This document shows positions 1 to 7,169 of a DNA stretch of 60,234 nt, one piece after another. The DNA is from a virus. Its lineage: Duplodnaviria > Caudoviricetes. Under the pieces are notes generated by a model. It was not told the origin of the DNA. It did not search any database and saw only the letters and a list, made by a program, of their open reading frames with translations. A program made the position numbers and the translations under genes. How positions within the stretch are numbered: the first letter of the stretch is position 1; every line of letters begins with the position of its first letter. The DNA lies in IMG/VR virus record IMGVR_UViG_3300037488_001588, positions 1 through 60,234 of that record; one strand, given 5' to 3'.

Positions 1-5
1 TTTGG

Positions 6-40
6 CTCTGCGCCCCCCCACCCCCTCTGCGACCCCCCCA
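6..40 (+). repeat. Two iteron-like repeats CTCTGCG(A/C)CCCCCC, part of candidate replication origin
   Basis: CTCTGCGCCCCCCC at 6-19 and CCTCTGCGACCCCCCCA at 24-40; reverse-complement copies at 60067-60081 and 60147-60163. Confidence 0.65.
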
Positions 41-48
41 AATGACCC

Positions 49-2298
49 CTACTTCTCTGGGGTCTTGACCAGCTTCAGGCCCGCCAACTGCGCCGCCGTG
101 AGCGTTGCGTTAAGATTTGGCAGCCAATAGCCGTTCCTGCCCTTGATCCGCGTCCGCTCGTGGCCGGCGAACTCTAGCGCGGCAGACAGGTCGGCGAAGG
201 CCTTCGGGCTGGACCTGACCGAGTACCGGTTCAGGACGTCGAGAGGCGACACATGCACCCAGCTGTCGCGGTCGGTGTTGCCGACCACGCGGACCGCGAT
301 GTCTTCCAGCGCATGCGACAGCTCGTTGGTGGCCTTGTGCCCTGCCGTGACCGTGGCATGCACCGCAGCCTCCGCAGGCGTCAGCCAGTGCTGCTCGTCG
401 ATCTCGGCGATCTCGGCCCACAGCTGCTGGAGCTCGATGTCGTGCTCGGGCTCACACCTCGCCACCGCCAGCGGCAGGAACCGCGTCTCACCCGTCTGGT
501 CGACCAAGAAGCCCTCCGGGTTGACCGTGGCGCCGAACGACGTCGTGCGTGGGCAGACGCTTTCGGTTCTGTCGTACGGCATGCGGTAGGTGTCGACCGT
601 GGTCGAAAGGAAATTGCGGAGCGCCGCCATGTCGGCCTTGCGGTAGATCGAGTCCAGCTCGCCCAGCTCCGTGATCGGCGTCCTCGTCGCCTTCTTCACC
701 ACGTCCCTCTCGTTCGGGCTGTCGAGGCGCAGGGACGCCCCGATCGTCACCCAGCCGGGCGGCAGGAGGGCGTTGAACCAGCGGCTCTTGCCGATGTTCT
801 GCGCCCCTTGCAGGGTCAGGCACATGCGCAGCTGCTCGGGGTCGGTCAGGCGGTAATTGTACCAGCCGGTGACGCACTGGATGCACCACCGCCTTATCGC
901 CATGTCACGCCAGCCATTGAGGGCCGGATCTCGCATGACGACAGTATCGTACAGCTCCTGAAGGCGCGACTTGCCGTCCCACTCGACGGCCTCGACCCAC
1001 TCGACAACAGGGCTGTATTTGTCGTTCTGGGCGACCGCGACGAGGGTCGCCCTGATCGCCTCCTTGTCTCTCATACCGCACCGAACGGCGGCATGGTGGA
1101 GCACGTCCAGAACATCTCCCGACGTGAGGTCTCCCTCGTACCCCCGAAGGGTGGCCTCGATCTGCTGCGAGATCGTGTTCAAGCGAACCACGAGCCCGAT
1201 CGCGTCCATGACATGCTCGACACGCGACGCCGTGGTGGCCTGCCTCATGTTCACAGCGTCTGCAGGCGTCCGGTCGGCGTCGGGGAGGTCACCCGGCCAC
1301 AGCTCGATCTCCCTGATGTGGGCCGCCAGACGCCCTGCGAGCCTCGTAGGAGCGATCCCGTTCTGGGTGGGCCTCGGGGCCGGCTCGGGCGGGAGAAGGG
1401 CTCTGGCGGGCGCCAGAGCCGCCGCCAGCGCCGCGATCGCGGCCGGCTGGATGTGGGCGTCGTCGAACGTGCCGGTCGAGACGGCGAACGCCCGCAGATC
1501 GGCCGTGGTCAGGTCTTGGCAGTGCGCGTGCAGGCACTTGAAGCCACCCGGGTTGCCGGGGTGGTACCCTGTGCCGTGCTCCGTGTCGCCTGTGTGCTGG
1601 TCCTGCTGCGGGCAGACCACCTCGTACCATCCGCTCGGGCTGGGCCCCGATCGGACACGCCCCTGCTCCTGCTGCCAGTCATACAGCGGATCGGACTTGC
1701 CGGGTGGCAGGGGAGGCGGCAGGGAGCCCATCTCTCTAGCCTCGCCGACCGTGACGCCGAGACCTGTTGCCAGCTCCGTCCAGCTGTACGTGACGTCCCA
1801 GCTCTCCTCTTCGAGGACGGCCTCGAACGGGCGCTCGTACTTGTGGTTGATCGAGCCGGGCACCCTCATGATCCGATCGGCCCGGATCGCGCCGGGGTCG
1901 GTGAGGCCTGCCGCCGCGATCGCCTCCATGAGGGCGGCGAACTGGCCGGGTTCGATCGGGTAGCTGAGCTTGAACCCCCACTGCTGGTTGCCGGGCGACG
2001 TGCGCAGCTTGTAGGTCGGCTTCAGCTTGATCAGGTCAGGGTCGACCTTTGTGCCGATGTCGTCGAGCACGACCACCCAGCTCAGCACCAGATCTGCAGC
2101 CTTGCGCGAGAGGACGGTCTGGCGGGGGATGTTGGCGACGGTGCTGACGCAGAAGTAGAGATCGTCGTAGGGCTGGTCCCGACCCGGGCGCCAGCGCCGG
2201 CTCTCGAAGCCGTCCCCTTTCGACGCGGTGACCACCACGCCTTGTGTTGTCTGATTGACTTTATCGAAGATGTGCGAGAGAAAGTTGTCGAGCTTCAC
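49..2298 (-). CDS. Primase-helicase: RepB-like primase domain, Zn-finger, VirE/VapE-type P-loop helicase
   Basis: N-terminal VVLDDIGTK...TSPGNQQWG...RIMRVPGSINHK primase motifs; CPQQDQH...CLHAHC zinc site; Walker A LQGAQNIGKS, ELGELD, DTYRMPY, FLVDQTGETRF typical of the VirE family. Confidence 0.85.
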   Translation of the reverse strand: MKLDNFLSHIFDKVNQTTQGVVVTASKGDGFESRRWRPGRDQPYDDLYFCVSTVANIPRQTVLSRKAADLVLSWVVVLDDIGTKVDPDLIKLKPTYKLRTSPGNQQWGFKLSYPIEPGQFAALMEAIAAAGLTDPGAIRADRIMRVPGSINHKYERPFEAVLEEESWDVTYSWTELATGLGVTVGEAREMGSLPPPLPPGKSDPLYDWQQEQGRVRSGPSPSGWYEVVCPQQDQHTGDTEHGTGYHPGNPGGFKCLHAHCQDLTTADLRAFAVSTGTFDDAHIQPAAIAALAAALAPARALLPPEPAPRPTQNGIAPTRLAGRLAAHIREIELWPGDLPDADRTPADAVNMRQATTASRVEHVMDAIGLVVRLNTISQQIEATLRGYEGDLTSGDVLDVLHHAAVRCGMRDKEAIRATLVAVAQNDKYSPVVEWVEAVEWDGKSRLQELYDTVVMRDPALNGWRDMAIRRWCIQCVTGWYNYRLTDPEQLRMCLTLQGAQNIGKSRWFNALLPPGWVTIGASLRLDSPNERDVVKKATRTPITELGELDSIYRKADMAALRNFLSTTVDTYRMPYDRTESVCPRTTSFGATVNPEGFLVDQTGETRFLPLAVARCEPEHDIELQQLWAEIAEIDEQHWLTPAEAAVHATVTAGHKATNELSHALEDIAVRVVGNTDRDSWVHVSPLDVLNRYSVRSSPKAFADLSAALEFAGHERTRIKGRNGYWLPNLNATLTAAQLAGLKLVKTPEK

Positions 2299-2342
2299 TG
2301 TTGCCCCCGAGCAATGTTGTAGTTCGTTCCGTGGTAGGAACC

Positions 2343-2372
2343 AACGCCCCGGCGATCACTCGCCGGGGCGTT
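2343..2372 (-). promoter_or_regulatory. 13-bp leader hairpin upstream of the primase gene
   Basis: AACGCCCCGGCGA-GTGA-TCGCCGGGGCGTT on the minus strand, GNRA loop, no U-tract. Confidence 0.6.
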
Positions 2373-2376
2373 CTTC

Positions 2377-2405
2377 GTTCTAGCCTTGTGTCGATGTCAC
2401 GGCAA
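2377..2405 (-). promoter_or_regulatory. Sigma70-type promoter for the primase gene
   Basis: TTGCCG-N17-TAGAAC; the -10 context GCTAGAAC fits the Caulobacter-type GCTANAWC consensus. Confidence 0.55.
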
Positions 2406-2407
2406 CG

Positions 2408-2698
2408 TCACTTCGAGCGACGCTCCTTGAACACCTTCTCTGCCTCGATCAGCTTGTCGCGGATCGCGGTCTCGTCGTAGTCGACCATGATATCCCCGAC
2501 GGTACGCACGCCCTCGTCGTCCTTCCAGACGCGCGTTCCGAACTGGGCGTCGATCCCCACCCACACACGATCGCCAGCGGCGGCGACCCTTGCCCGGTAT
2601 CTGGTCGTGCTGTACTCATTGACGATCCGCTGCACGGCAGCGTTCGCAGCCGCCCGAACGGCTATGGTCGCAAGCAATTCTTCCTTCGTCGGCTTCAT
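2408..2698 (-). CDS. Hypothetical protein (MKPTKEELL...)
   Basis: ATG at 2698 with GGAG RBS; abuts upstream gene. Confidence 0.6.
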   Translation of the reverse strand: MKPTKEELLATIAVRAAANAAVQRIVNEYSTTRYRARVAAAGDRVWVGIDAQFGTRVWKDDEGVRTVGDIMVDYDETAIRDKLIEAEKVFKERRSK

Positions 2699-2700
2699 CG

Positions 2701-2994
2701 CTACGTCTCCTTCGCTGCGCGGACCAGCACCCTCGCCGTGCCGGTGAGTTTCACGACCTGCCACTCGTCGGGGCACGTACGACGCGCCTGTCCTTCGTCG
2801 TTGTAGGCCGTATAGGCCGTGCCTGTGGGATCAACGAGGAGCCACGTCATCACTTCGACGTCCTTGTAGCGCGGCAGCGCCGCGAGGTGCGCGCGCGCGG
2901 CGGCAATCACCACCTTAGCTCTCGGGCTGAGGTTCACACGTGTGTCGTAGACGTCAAGCGCCTCTTCCAGCTCCTGCGGGTCAATGTCGCTCAT
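2701..2994 (-). CDS. Hypothetical protein (MSDIDPQ...)
   Basis: ATGA overlap with upstream gene, AAGGAG RBS. Confidence 0.65.
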   Translation of the reverse strand: MSDIDPQELEEALDVYDTRVNLSPRAKVVIAAARAHLAALPRYKDVEVMTWLLVDPTGTAYTAYNDEGQARRTCPDEWQVVKLTGTARVLVRAAKET

Positions 2995-3260
2995 TTCTTT
3001 ATCTCCTTCGATGCTGCTGCGATCATGGCGGCCCAAATGTCCGGCAATTCACCATCGTCGTCGGTCATGCAGGTCATGCCCGCGTTGATCATCGCCTGCG
3101 TCGGCTCCACCGGCACCACCGCCATCCCTGATTTCTCTAGTAGGGCCAGCATGTATTCGGCCTGCTCGATAAACAGTTCCGAAAACTTTTCGTATTCGAC
3201 TTCCTCGAAAGAGGCTCCAGCCCTCGCCATCACCTCTATGATCTTGGCTCGGTCGCTCAT
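2991..3260 (-). CDS. Hypothetical protein, paralogue A (MSDRAKIIEVMAR...AVVPVEPT)
   Basis: 89-aa ORF, ATGA-coupled; shares N-terminus and VPVEPT motif with the next gene. Confidence 0.7.
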   Translation of the reverse strand: MSDRAKIIEVMARAGASFEEVEYEKFSELFIEQAEYMLALLEKSGMAVVPVEPTQAMINAGMTCMTDDDGELPDIWAAMIAAASKEIKK

Positions 3261-3619
3261 ATCTCCGTCTCCTTTTTATAATCTGGATCGTACAGGTCAG
3301 GCCTTTCGGTGGCGGCCATATGATCCTCCCCCTTGCGATACTCTCCTTTGTCGAGCCATTCCCGTATCGGCTCGATCATGTTCGCCGGCTCAAGCATGGC
3401 GTTCGTCGGCTCCACAGGCACCACCGCCAGCCCTTTGGCTTGGAGGTGGGATTCGTAGGCGGTGAGGGCGGCGGAGGCGTCCGACTCAAACAAGCGCCAC
3501 GTTTCATCAACATACGCGCGGATCTCATCTTCGCTCACATCGCCCACGATGTTGTCGTCAAGGCGACGGCGGCAAATTCCACGCGCCATCACCTCTATGA
3601 TCTTGGCTCGGTCGCTCAT
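3225..3619. repeat. 36-bp exact direct repeat at 3225-3260 and 3584-3619
   Basis: CGCCATCACCTCTATGATCTTGGCTCGGTCGCTCAT twice; encodes the shared N-termini. Confidence 0.95.
3257..3619 (-). CDS. Hypothetical protein, paralogue B (MSDRAKIIEVMAR...AVVPVEPT)
   Basis: Start reassigned to ATG 3619 (RBS, ATGA overlap). Confidence 0.7.
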   Translation of the reverse strand: MSDRAKIIEVMARGICRRRLDDNIVGDVSEDEIRAYVDETWRLFESDASAALTAYESHLQAKGLAVVPVEPTNAMLEPANMIEPIREWLDKGEYRKGEDHMAATERPDLYDPDYKKETEI

Positions 3620-3783
3620 CTCTCCGTTTCCTTCGATGCGTAGCAGCCGCCCGAGACAAGGAGGCGTCTCCTGTCGAGCTGCAAGGTCATGTCGGCGCGC
3701 GCGATCTCGCACGCCTCCTTGGTGTTGAACGGTATCGACGTCATGGGCGCCGTCGTCGCCACCCACATGATCAGGATCCACAT
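3616..3783 (-). CDS. Small protein with hydrophobic N-terminus and PFxTKxxCE motif
   Basis: MWILIMWVATTAP...PFNTKEACE...GGC; AAGGA RBS. Confidence 0.55.
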   Translation of the reverse strand: MWILIMWVATTAPMTSIPFNTKEACEIARADMTLQLDRRRLLVSGGCYASKETER

Positions 3784-3968
3784 GACAGCATCCTTTCGGC
3801 TGTGGCGACCCACCACGCCGTCGACAGACGGAGCCGATAGCGCGCATCGATCTTCCTTGCCACGCCGCGCAGCGCGTCGCGACGCAACTTGGACGTGGCG
3901 ACGCCGGCCTCCTTCCGCAGGCGCCCGATGACCTGTCTCAGGTGCAGGCTTCTGTCGATGCTGCTCAC
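3771..3968 (-). CDS. Small basic hypothetical protein
   Basis: GTG start overlapping upstream stop (GTGA), GAGGA RBS. Confidence 0.45.
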   Translation of the reverse strand: MSSIDRSLHLRQVIGRLRKEAGVATSKLRRDALRGVARKIDARYRLRLSTAWWVATAERMLSCGS

Positions 3969-4147
3969 CGCGTGTTCCTCATCAGCGCGCCGATCTCCTC
4001 GTCCTCGTTGAGGAGGTCGACGATGCGATCGGCGAAGACGCTGTCGTACACGCGGGCGAGGGGATCGCTCCCCGCTCCGGGTCCACGCTCGTGGATCTCG
4101 AACATGAGACCGGCCGCAAGCGTGGTCGTTTCCTTGTAGTACTTCAT
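3965..4147 (-). CDS. Hypothetical protein (MKYYKETTT...)
   Basis: TGATG coupling, GAGGAGGA RBS. Confidence 0.6.
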   Translation of the reverse strand: MKYYKETTTLAAGLMFEIHERGPGAGSDPLARVYDSVFADRIVDLLNEDEEIGALMRNTR

Positions 4148-4443
4148 CACCACTGATCCTCCTCGTTGTTATTGTCGTCCGGGTTAGCCGTAATCTGGGC
4201 AACCAAGTCGTCGGCCCACCGCTCTTCCTCCACGATGTCGACCACATCCTCCATCGGCATGGGCTCGACGAACAGGCCCTCGGCCATCTTGCGCAGTTCG
4301 GCCAAGGGCGCGCTGATGTCGATCGGCGAGAGAGGGCCGTCGCCGCCGATCTCGATGAGGATCGCCTGCCTCGGTATGGCGGTGAAGCCGTTCTGGCCTT
4401 CATAGAAGGCGCGTATGGCCACCTCGATGACGAGCGTTTTCAT
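4147..4443 (-). CDS. Acidic hypothetical protein (MKTLVIEV...)
   Basis: ATGA coupling, AAGGGG RBS. Confidence 0.6.
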   Translation of the reverse strand: MKTLVIEVAIRAFYEGQNGFTAIPRQAILIEIGGDGPLSPIDISAPLAELRKMAEGLFVEPMPMEDVVDIVEEERWADDLVAQITANPDDNNNEEDQW

Positions 4444-4751
4444 GTCGACCCCCTTGGAAACAGTATCTCGCCGGTCGTCGCCGCACGCGACACGACCCAG
4501 TTCACCGCGCCGACCAATGACTTGCACTGGTACGTGTAGCCGCCGCGCCACGCGCCGTGGGCGCAGTTGCCGGTGCGCTTGACGACACCGATCAGGCGCC
4601 TCTCGCGGCCGGGCGGCGTGCCGTAGACGTCGTAGCTGTGGATGCCGTCGAGCGTCTCACCGAAGTACGTGACCTCGAGCGCCGGCATGAGGCTCGCCTT
4701 GCGGGCGTAGCCGTGGAAGTGTGAGGGCTTGACCCCGTGTCGCGTGCCCAT
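4440..4751 (-). CDS. Hypothetical protein (MGTRHGVK...)
   Basis: GAGGAGAG RBS before ATG 4751. Confidence 0.55.
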   Translation of the reverse strand: MGTRHGVKPSHFHGYARKASLMPALEVTYFGETLDGIHSYDVYGTPPGRERRLIGVVKRTGNCAHGAWRGGYTYQCKSLVGAVNWVVSRAATTGEILFPRGST

Positions 4752-4773
4752 GGCACTCTCCTCTGAAAGGTGA

Positions 4774-4803
4774 CAGGCCGCCCGCTTCCCGGCGGGCGGC
4801 CTG
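4774..4803 (-). promoter_or_regulatory. 12-bp intergenic hairpin
   Basis: CAGGCCGCCCGC-CGGGAA-GCGGGCGGCCTG between DUF932 gene and next gene; weak U-tract. Confidence 0.5.
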
Positions 4804-4813
4804 CCTGTGTGGG

Positions 4814-5626
4814 TCAGGCCGAGACGACGGAGACCGGCTTGACTTCGGCCGCCAGCTCGCTGGCCGCCGCCCACAGCTTGGTGTTGAACGAGACGTCGGC
4901 AGCGAGGGTGCGGATGCCGGACACGGCGCGACGCTGGCCGTTGGCACCCTGCCCACGCATGCCGCCGACGGTCAGGTTCTCCTGCACGCGGTTGAAGACG
5001 TTCCAGAGGCTGGCATTCTCGTCGTTGTAGCGACGGGGGCGAAGCACCTGCGCCGGCTGGATGTCGATCGAGGTGCCTCGGATCTCAAGGGCCTTCTGGG
5101 CGAAGCGCGAGACCTGATCGAGGGACAGGACGATCTTCGACCAGTCGCGAGCGATCTCCAGCGTCTTGGGCAGCTGCGACTGGATCATCGCGATGCCGGT
5201 GTGCAGGCGATCGAGCTGGTGGGCACCGACGTGGCGTAGGTTCACATGGAAACCGCTCTCGGCGACCGTCATGCCGTTCAGGCAGACGAGGCGGAAGATG
5301 CCGGCCGACAGGCTGAAGCCGCTGGTGCGATCGTGGCTGTTGCGCAGGAGCACCTCGGGGACGAGGTCGCCCAGCTCGCGGTGGGGCTCGGCGCCGACCT
5401 TGCGCATGCGCAGCTCGTGGATCGCGTAGTTGCGACCCTCGACCGAGCGCTTGTAGCCCTCGCGGACCTTTGCCACCTCGAAGCCCATGACGCGCATGGC
5501 GCGCACGGCCTGATAGGTGGGGAGGTAGGCGTACTTGGCGGACACGTTGTCGGCCGCCTGCGTCGCGAACACTGAGGGCGCCTTGGCGCGGATGGCATCG
5601 TCGTTGAGGAAACCGTCGAACGGCAT
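4814..5626 (-). CDS. DUF932 family protein
   Basis: APSVFA...SAKYAYLPT, HELRMR, LRNSHDRTSGF.LSAGIFRLVCLNG, LWNVFNRVQENL, N.KLW motifs characteristic of DUF932. Confidence 0.85.
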   Translation of the reverse strand: MPFDGFLNDDAIRAKAPSVFATQAADNVSAKYAYLPTYQAVRAMRVMGFEVAKVREGYKRSVEGRNYAIHELRMRKVGAEPHRELGDLVPEVLLRNSHDRTSGFSLSAGIFRLVCLNGMTVAESGFHVNLRHVGAHQLDRLHTGIAMIQSQLPKTLEIARDWSKIVLSLDQVSRFAQKALEIRGTSIDIQPAQVLRPRRYNDENASLWNVFNRVQENLTVGGMRGQGANGQRRAVSGIRTLAADVSFNTKLWAAASELAAEVKPVSVVSA

Positions 5627-5648
5627 GGGAAGTCTCCGATTGGTAGGT

Positions 5649-5708
5649 GGCCTGTCTCATCAGGGACGGTAGGCCGTGTCCGTCCGACGCCCTCGCGGGC
5701 GTTTCGAC
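5649..5708 (-). ncRNA. Type II hammerhead ribozyme with loop I / 3'-tail pseudoknot
   Basis: GUC GAAA CGCCC-GCGA-GGGCG UC^ GGACGG-ACACGGCCUA-CCGUCC CUGAUGA GAC AGGCC: complete core, three perfect stems, GGCCU:AGGCC pseudoknot; predicted cut between 5686 and 5685. Confidence 0.93.
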
Positions 5709-5968
5709 TAGCTCAGCTGTTCGTAGAGGTTCACCGTGATCGTTTCGAGTTCGTCCTTGACCTTCTTCAAGGCGACCAGACGAGCCTGCATCTCGCGCGC
5801 GGCGGTCTCGGCGGCAGAAGAGCTGATCGTGTAGTAGTCCCGCCCGTGGCAAGTGATGTCACGAACTGCGGTGATGGCGTTCTCGATCGCGTCGAGGGCG
5901 GTCGCGTATTCCTTGAGAAGGACTTTGCCAGAGGTGCCGTTGCTGTGGATCTGGGGGAACTGGGTCAC
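5708..5968 (-). CDS. Hypothetical helical protein
   Basis: 86-aa ORF with GTG start preceded by the conserved leader. Confidence 0.7.
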   Translation of the reverse strand: MTQFPQIHSNGTSGKVLLKEYATALDAIENAITAVRDITCHGRDYYTISSSAAETAAREMQARLVALKKVKDELETITVNLYEQLS

Positions 5969-6015
5969 TGGGAAATCTCCGTTGCGGCCGGGTCAGGAGC
6001 GACCCGGTAATGATG

Positions 6016-6044
6016 CTTCTAAGGCCTCAGTACGGGACTGTCAA
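6016..6044 (-). promoter_or_regulatory. Sigma70-type early promoter
   Basis: TTGACA-N17-TAGAAG, followed by 5' hairpin CCGGGTC/GACCCGG. Confidence 0.7.
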
Positions 6045-6052
6045 CACCCCTC

Positions 6053-6373
6053 TCAGGCCGCGAGGGCGGACGTGTCGTGGATGTACTTGACCTCGGCGGA
6101 CCACGCAGGGTGGCAGACGAGATACAGCGACTTGTTGACGGGGCAGAGCTGGTTGCGCGCCCACGACGGGACCGGGCCGCCGGCCGCCACGACCGCCGCG
6201 AGGCGGCGCCCGTTCTCGTAGTTGATCTGGTGCGCCGTGGTCCACCGATCGTAGTCGGCGTCGAAGGCCTTGCCGGCGCGGTAGTCGGTCCAGCCGGCAT
6301 GCAGCCCGGCGGCGATCGGGTCGCGCATCGGGGTGCGGGCGTTGCGGTAGGTCTCGCGGCGGATGTTCTGCAT
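6053..6373 (-). CDS. Hypothetical protein (MQNIRRET...)
   Basis: ATG 6373 preceded by the conserved leader. Confidence 0.7.
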   Translation of the reverse strand: MQNIRRETYRNARTPMRDPIAAGLHAGWTDYRAGKAFDADYDRWTTAHQINYENGRRLAAVVAAGGPVPSWARNQLCPVNKSLYLVCHPAWSAEVKYIHDTSALAA

Positions 6374-6391
6374 GGGAAGTCTCCGTGGTAG

Positions 6392-6450
6392 TCCAGCGAG
6401 GTTGCTGGCGGATCGAGCCCCCGGAGGGGCTCTCACCGTAAGGAACCTCA
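6392..6450 (-). ncRNA. Unidentified structured intergenic RNA (two hairpins plus a long-range pairing)
   Basis: GAGGUU...CGG-UGA-GAGCCCC-UCCG-GGGGCUC-GAU-CCG-CCAGC-AACCUC-GCUGG; GAGGUU is complementary to loop AACCUC. Confidence 0.5.
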
Positions 6451-6663
6451 GAATTCGGTGGGGCGGTTGATCACCGCCTCGGCTTGACGGCGGGCCGCGA
6501 CCTCCTCGATCGTGGCCTCGCGGATGTCGACCAGATGCTCGGCCGGGTACAGGCTGTCGAAGCGCACGACGGCGTTGGTCAGGGCGTCCGCGACCATGAC
6601 GCGGCTGCGGTTCACGAGAGCGAAGCAGACGTTGGCGCGAGAGGTGAGGATGAAGGTGGCCAT
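6448..6663 (-). CDS. Hypothetical protein (MATFILTS...)
   Basis: ATG 6663 preceded by the conserved leader. Confidence 0.7.
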   Translation of the reverse strand: MATFILTSRANVCFALVNRSRVMVADALTNAVVRFDSLYPAEHLVDIREATIEEVAARRQAEAVINRPTEF

Positions 6664-6707
6664 TTGGGAAGTCTCCGTGGTAGGGCGGCACCAGCGCCGC
6701 CCGACAG

Positions 6708-6736
6708 TCATGCCATAGTAGCGCCAGTATCGTCAA
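6708..6736 (-). promoter_or_regulatory. Early promoter, TTGACGATACT type
   Basis: TTGACGATACTGGCGCTACTATGGCA, near-identical to the element at 7170-7204; A-tract upstream; -10 non-canonical. Confidence 0.5.
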
Positions 6737-6755
6737 GCGCCCTTTTTGCGGCGGA

Positions 6756-6953
6756 TCACGACACCACCTCGCAGTGCTCGGCCCAGACCCGGATCGTGCG
6801 CCCGCTCTTGTCGAGCTTCACGACGTGGACGTCGGACAGGTAGAAGCTGCCATCGGCAGCGCTCTGCCGCTTCGCCTCGGTCGTGCGGACGACCTCTCCG
6901 TAGCGGTCGCCGCGCATCCAGCGATCGGTGTAGGCGGGGATCTGGACCCTCAT
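6756..6953 (-). CDS. Hypothetical small beta-rich protein (MRVQIPAYTDRWMRGDRYG...)
   Basis: GAGGAG RBS before ATG 6953; alternative start 7001. Confidence 0.6.
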   Translation of the reverse strand: MRVQIPAYTDRWMRGDRYGEVVRTTEAKRQSAADGSFYLSDVHVVKLDKSGRTIRVWAEHCEVVS

Positions 6954-7003
6954 GACGTGCTCCTCTCGTACTGCTTGCGATACTTGGCCGGTGGTGCTCA
7001 TGA

Positions 7004-7147
7004 CTAGAAATTCCAGCACTTGGCGCCGTGCTCGGCCGCGATCTTGCGGGCCTCGCGCTTGCCGGCCACCGGGTAGACGGTGCCGCCGACCGGGCGGTTG
7101 CTGTCGGTGATGCGGACGGTCTTGTCGTTGCAGTAGTGGGCGTACAT
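7004..7147 (-). CDS. 47-aa hypothetical protein (MYAHYCND...)
   Basis: ATG 7147 preceded by a leader variant. Confidence 0.6.
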   Translation of the reverse strand: MYAHYCNDKTVRITDSNRPVGGTVYPVAGKREARKIAAEHGAKCWNF

Positions 7148-7169
7148 GGGAAGGTCTCCGTTGTTGGTC

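Larger units (their letters stand above)
5624..7166 (-). repeat. Conserved translation-initiation leader CTACC(A)ACGGAGACTTCCC-ATG repeated before early genes
   Basis: Copies or variants at 5624-5647, 5966-5983, 6371-6391, 6661-6683, 7145-7166; also 59975-59996; core CTACCACGG also at 2329-2337(-) and 11233-11241(+). Confidence 0.85.

Noticed and set aside
253-2322. 689-aa plus-strand ORF, and similar long ORFs at 15203-17959, 18996-20969, 22041-23771, 38787-41855 and 48688-50388
   Set aside because: Antisense shadows of clear minus-strand genes; expected from GC-rich codon bias; no recognisable motifs
5624-7166. Regularly recurring ~20-bp repeats as a CRISPR or attC-like array
   Set aside because: Spacing is 290-480 bp and each repeat ends at a start codon; they are gene leaders, and no integron integrase is present
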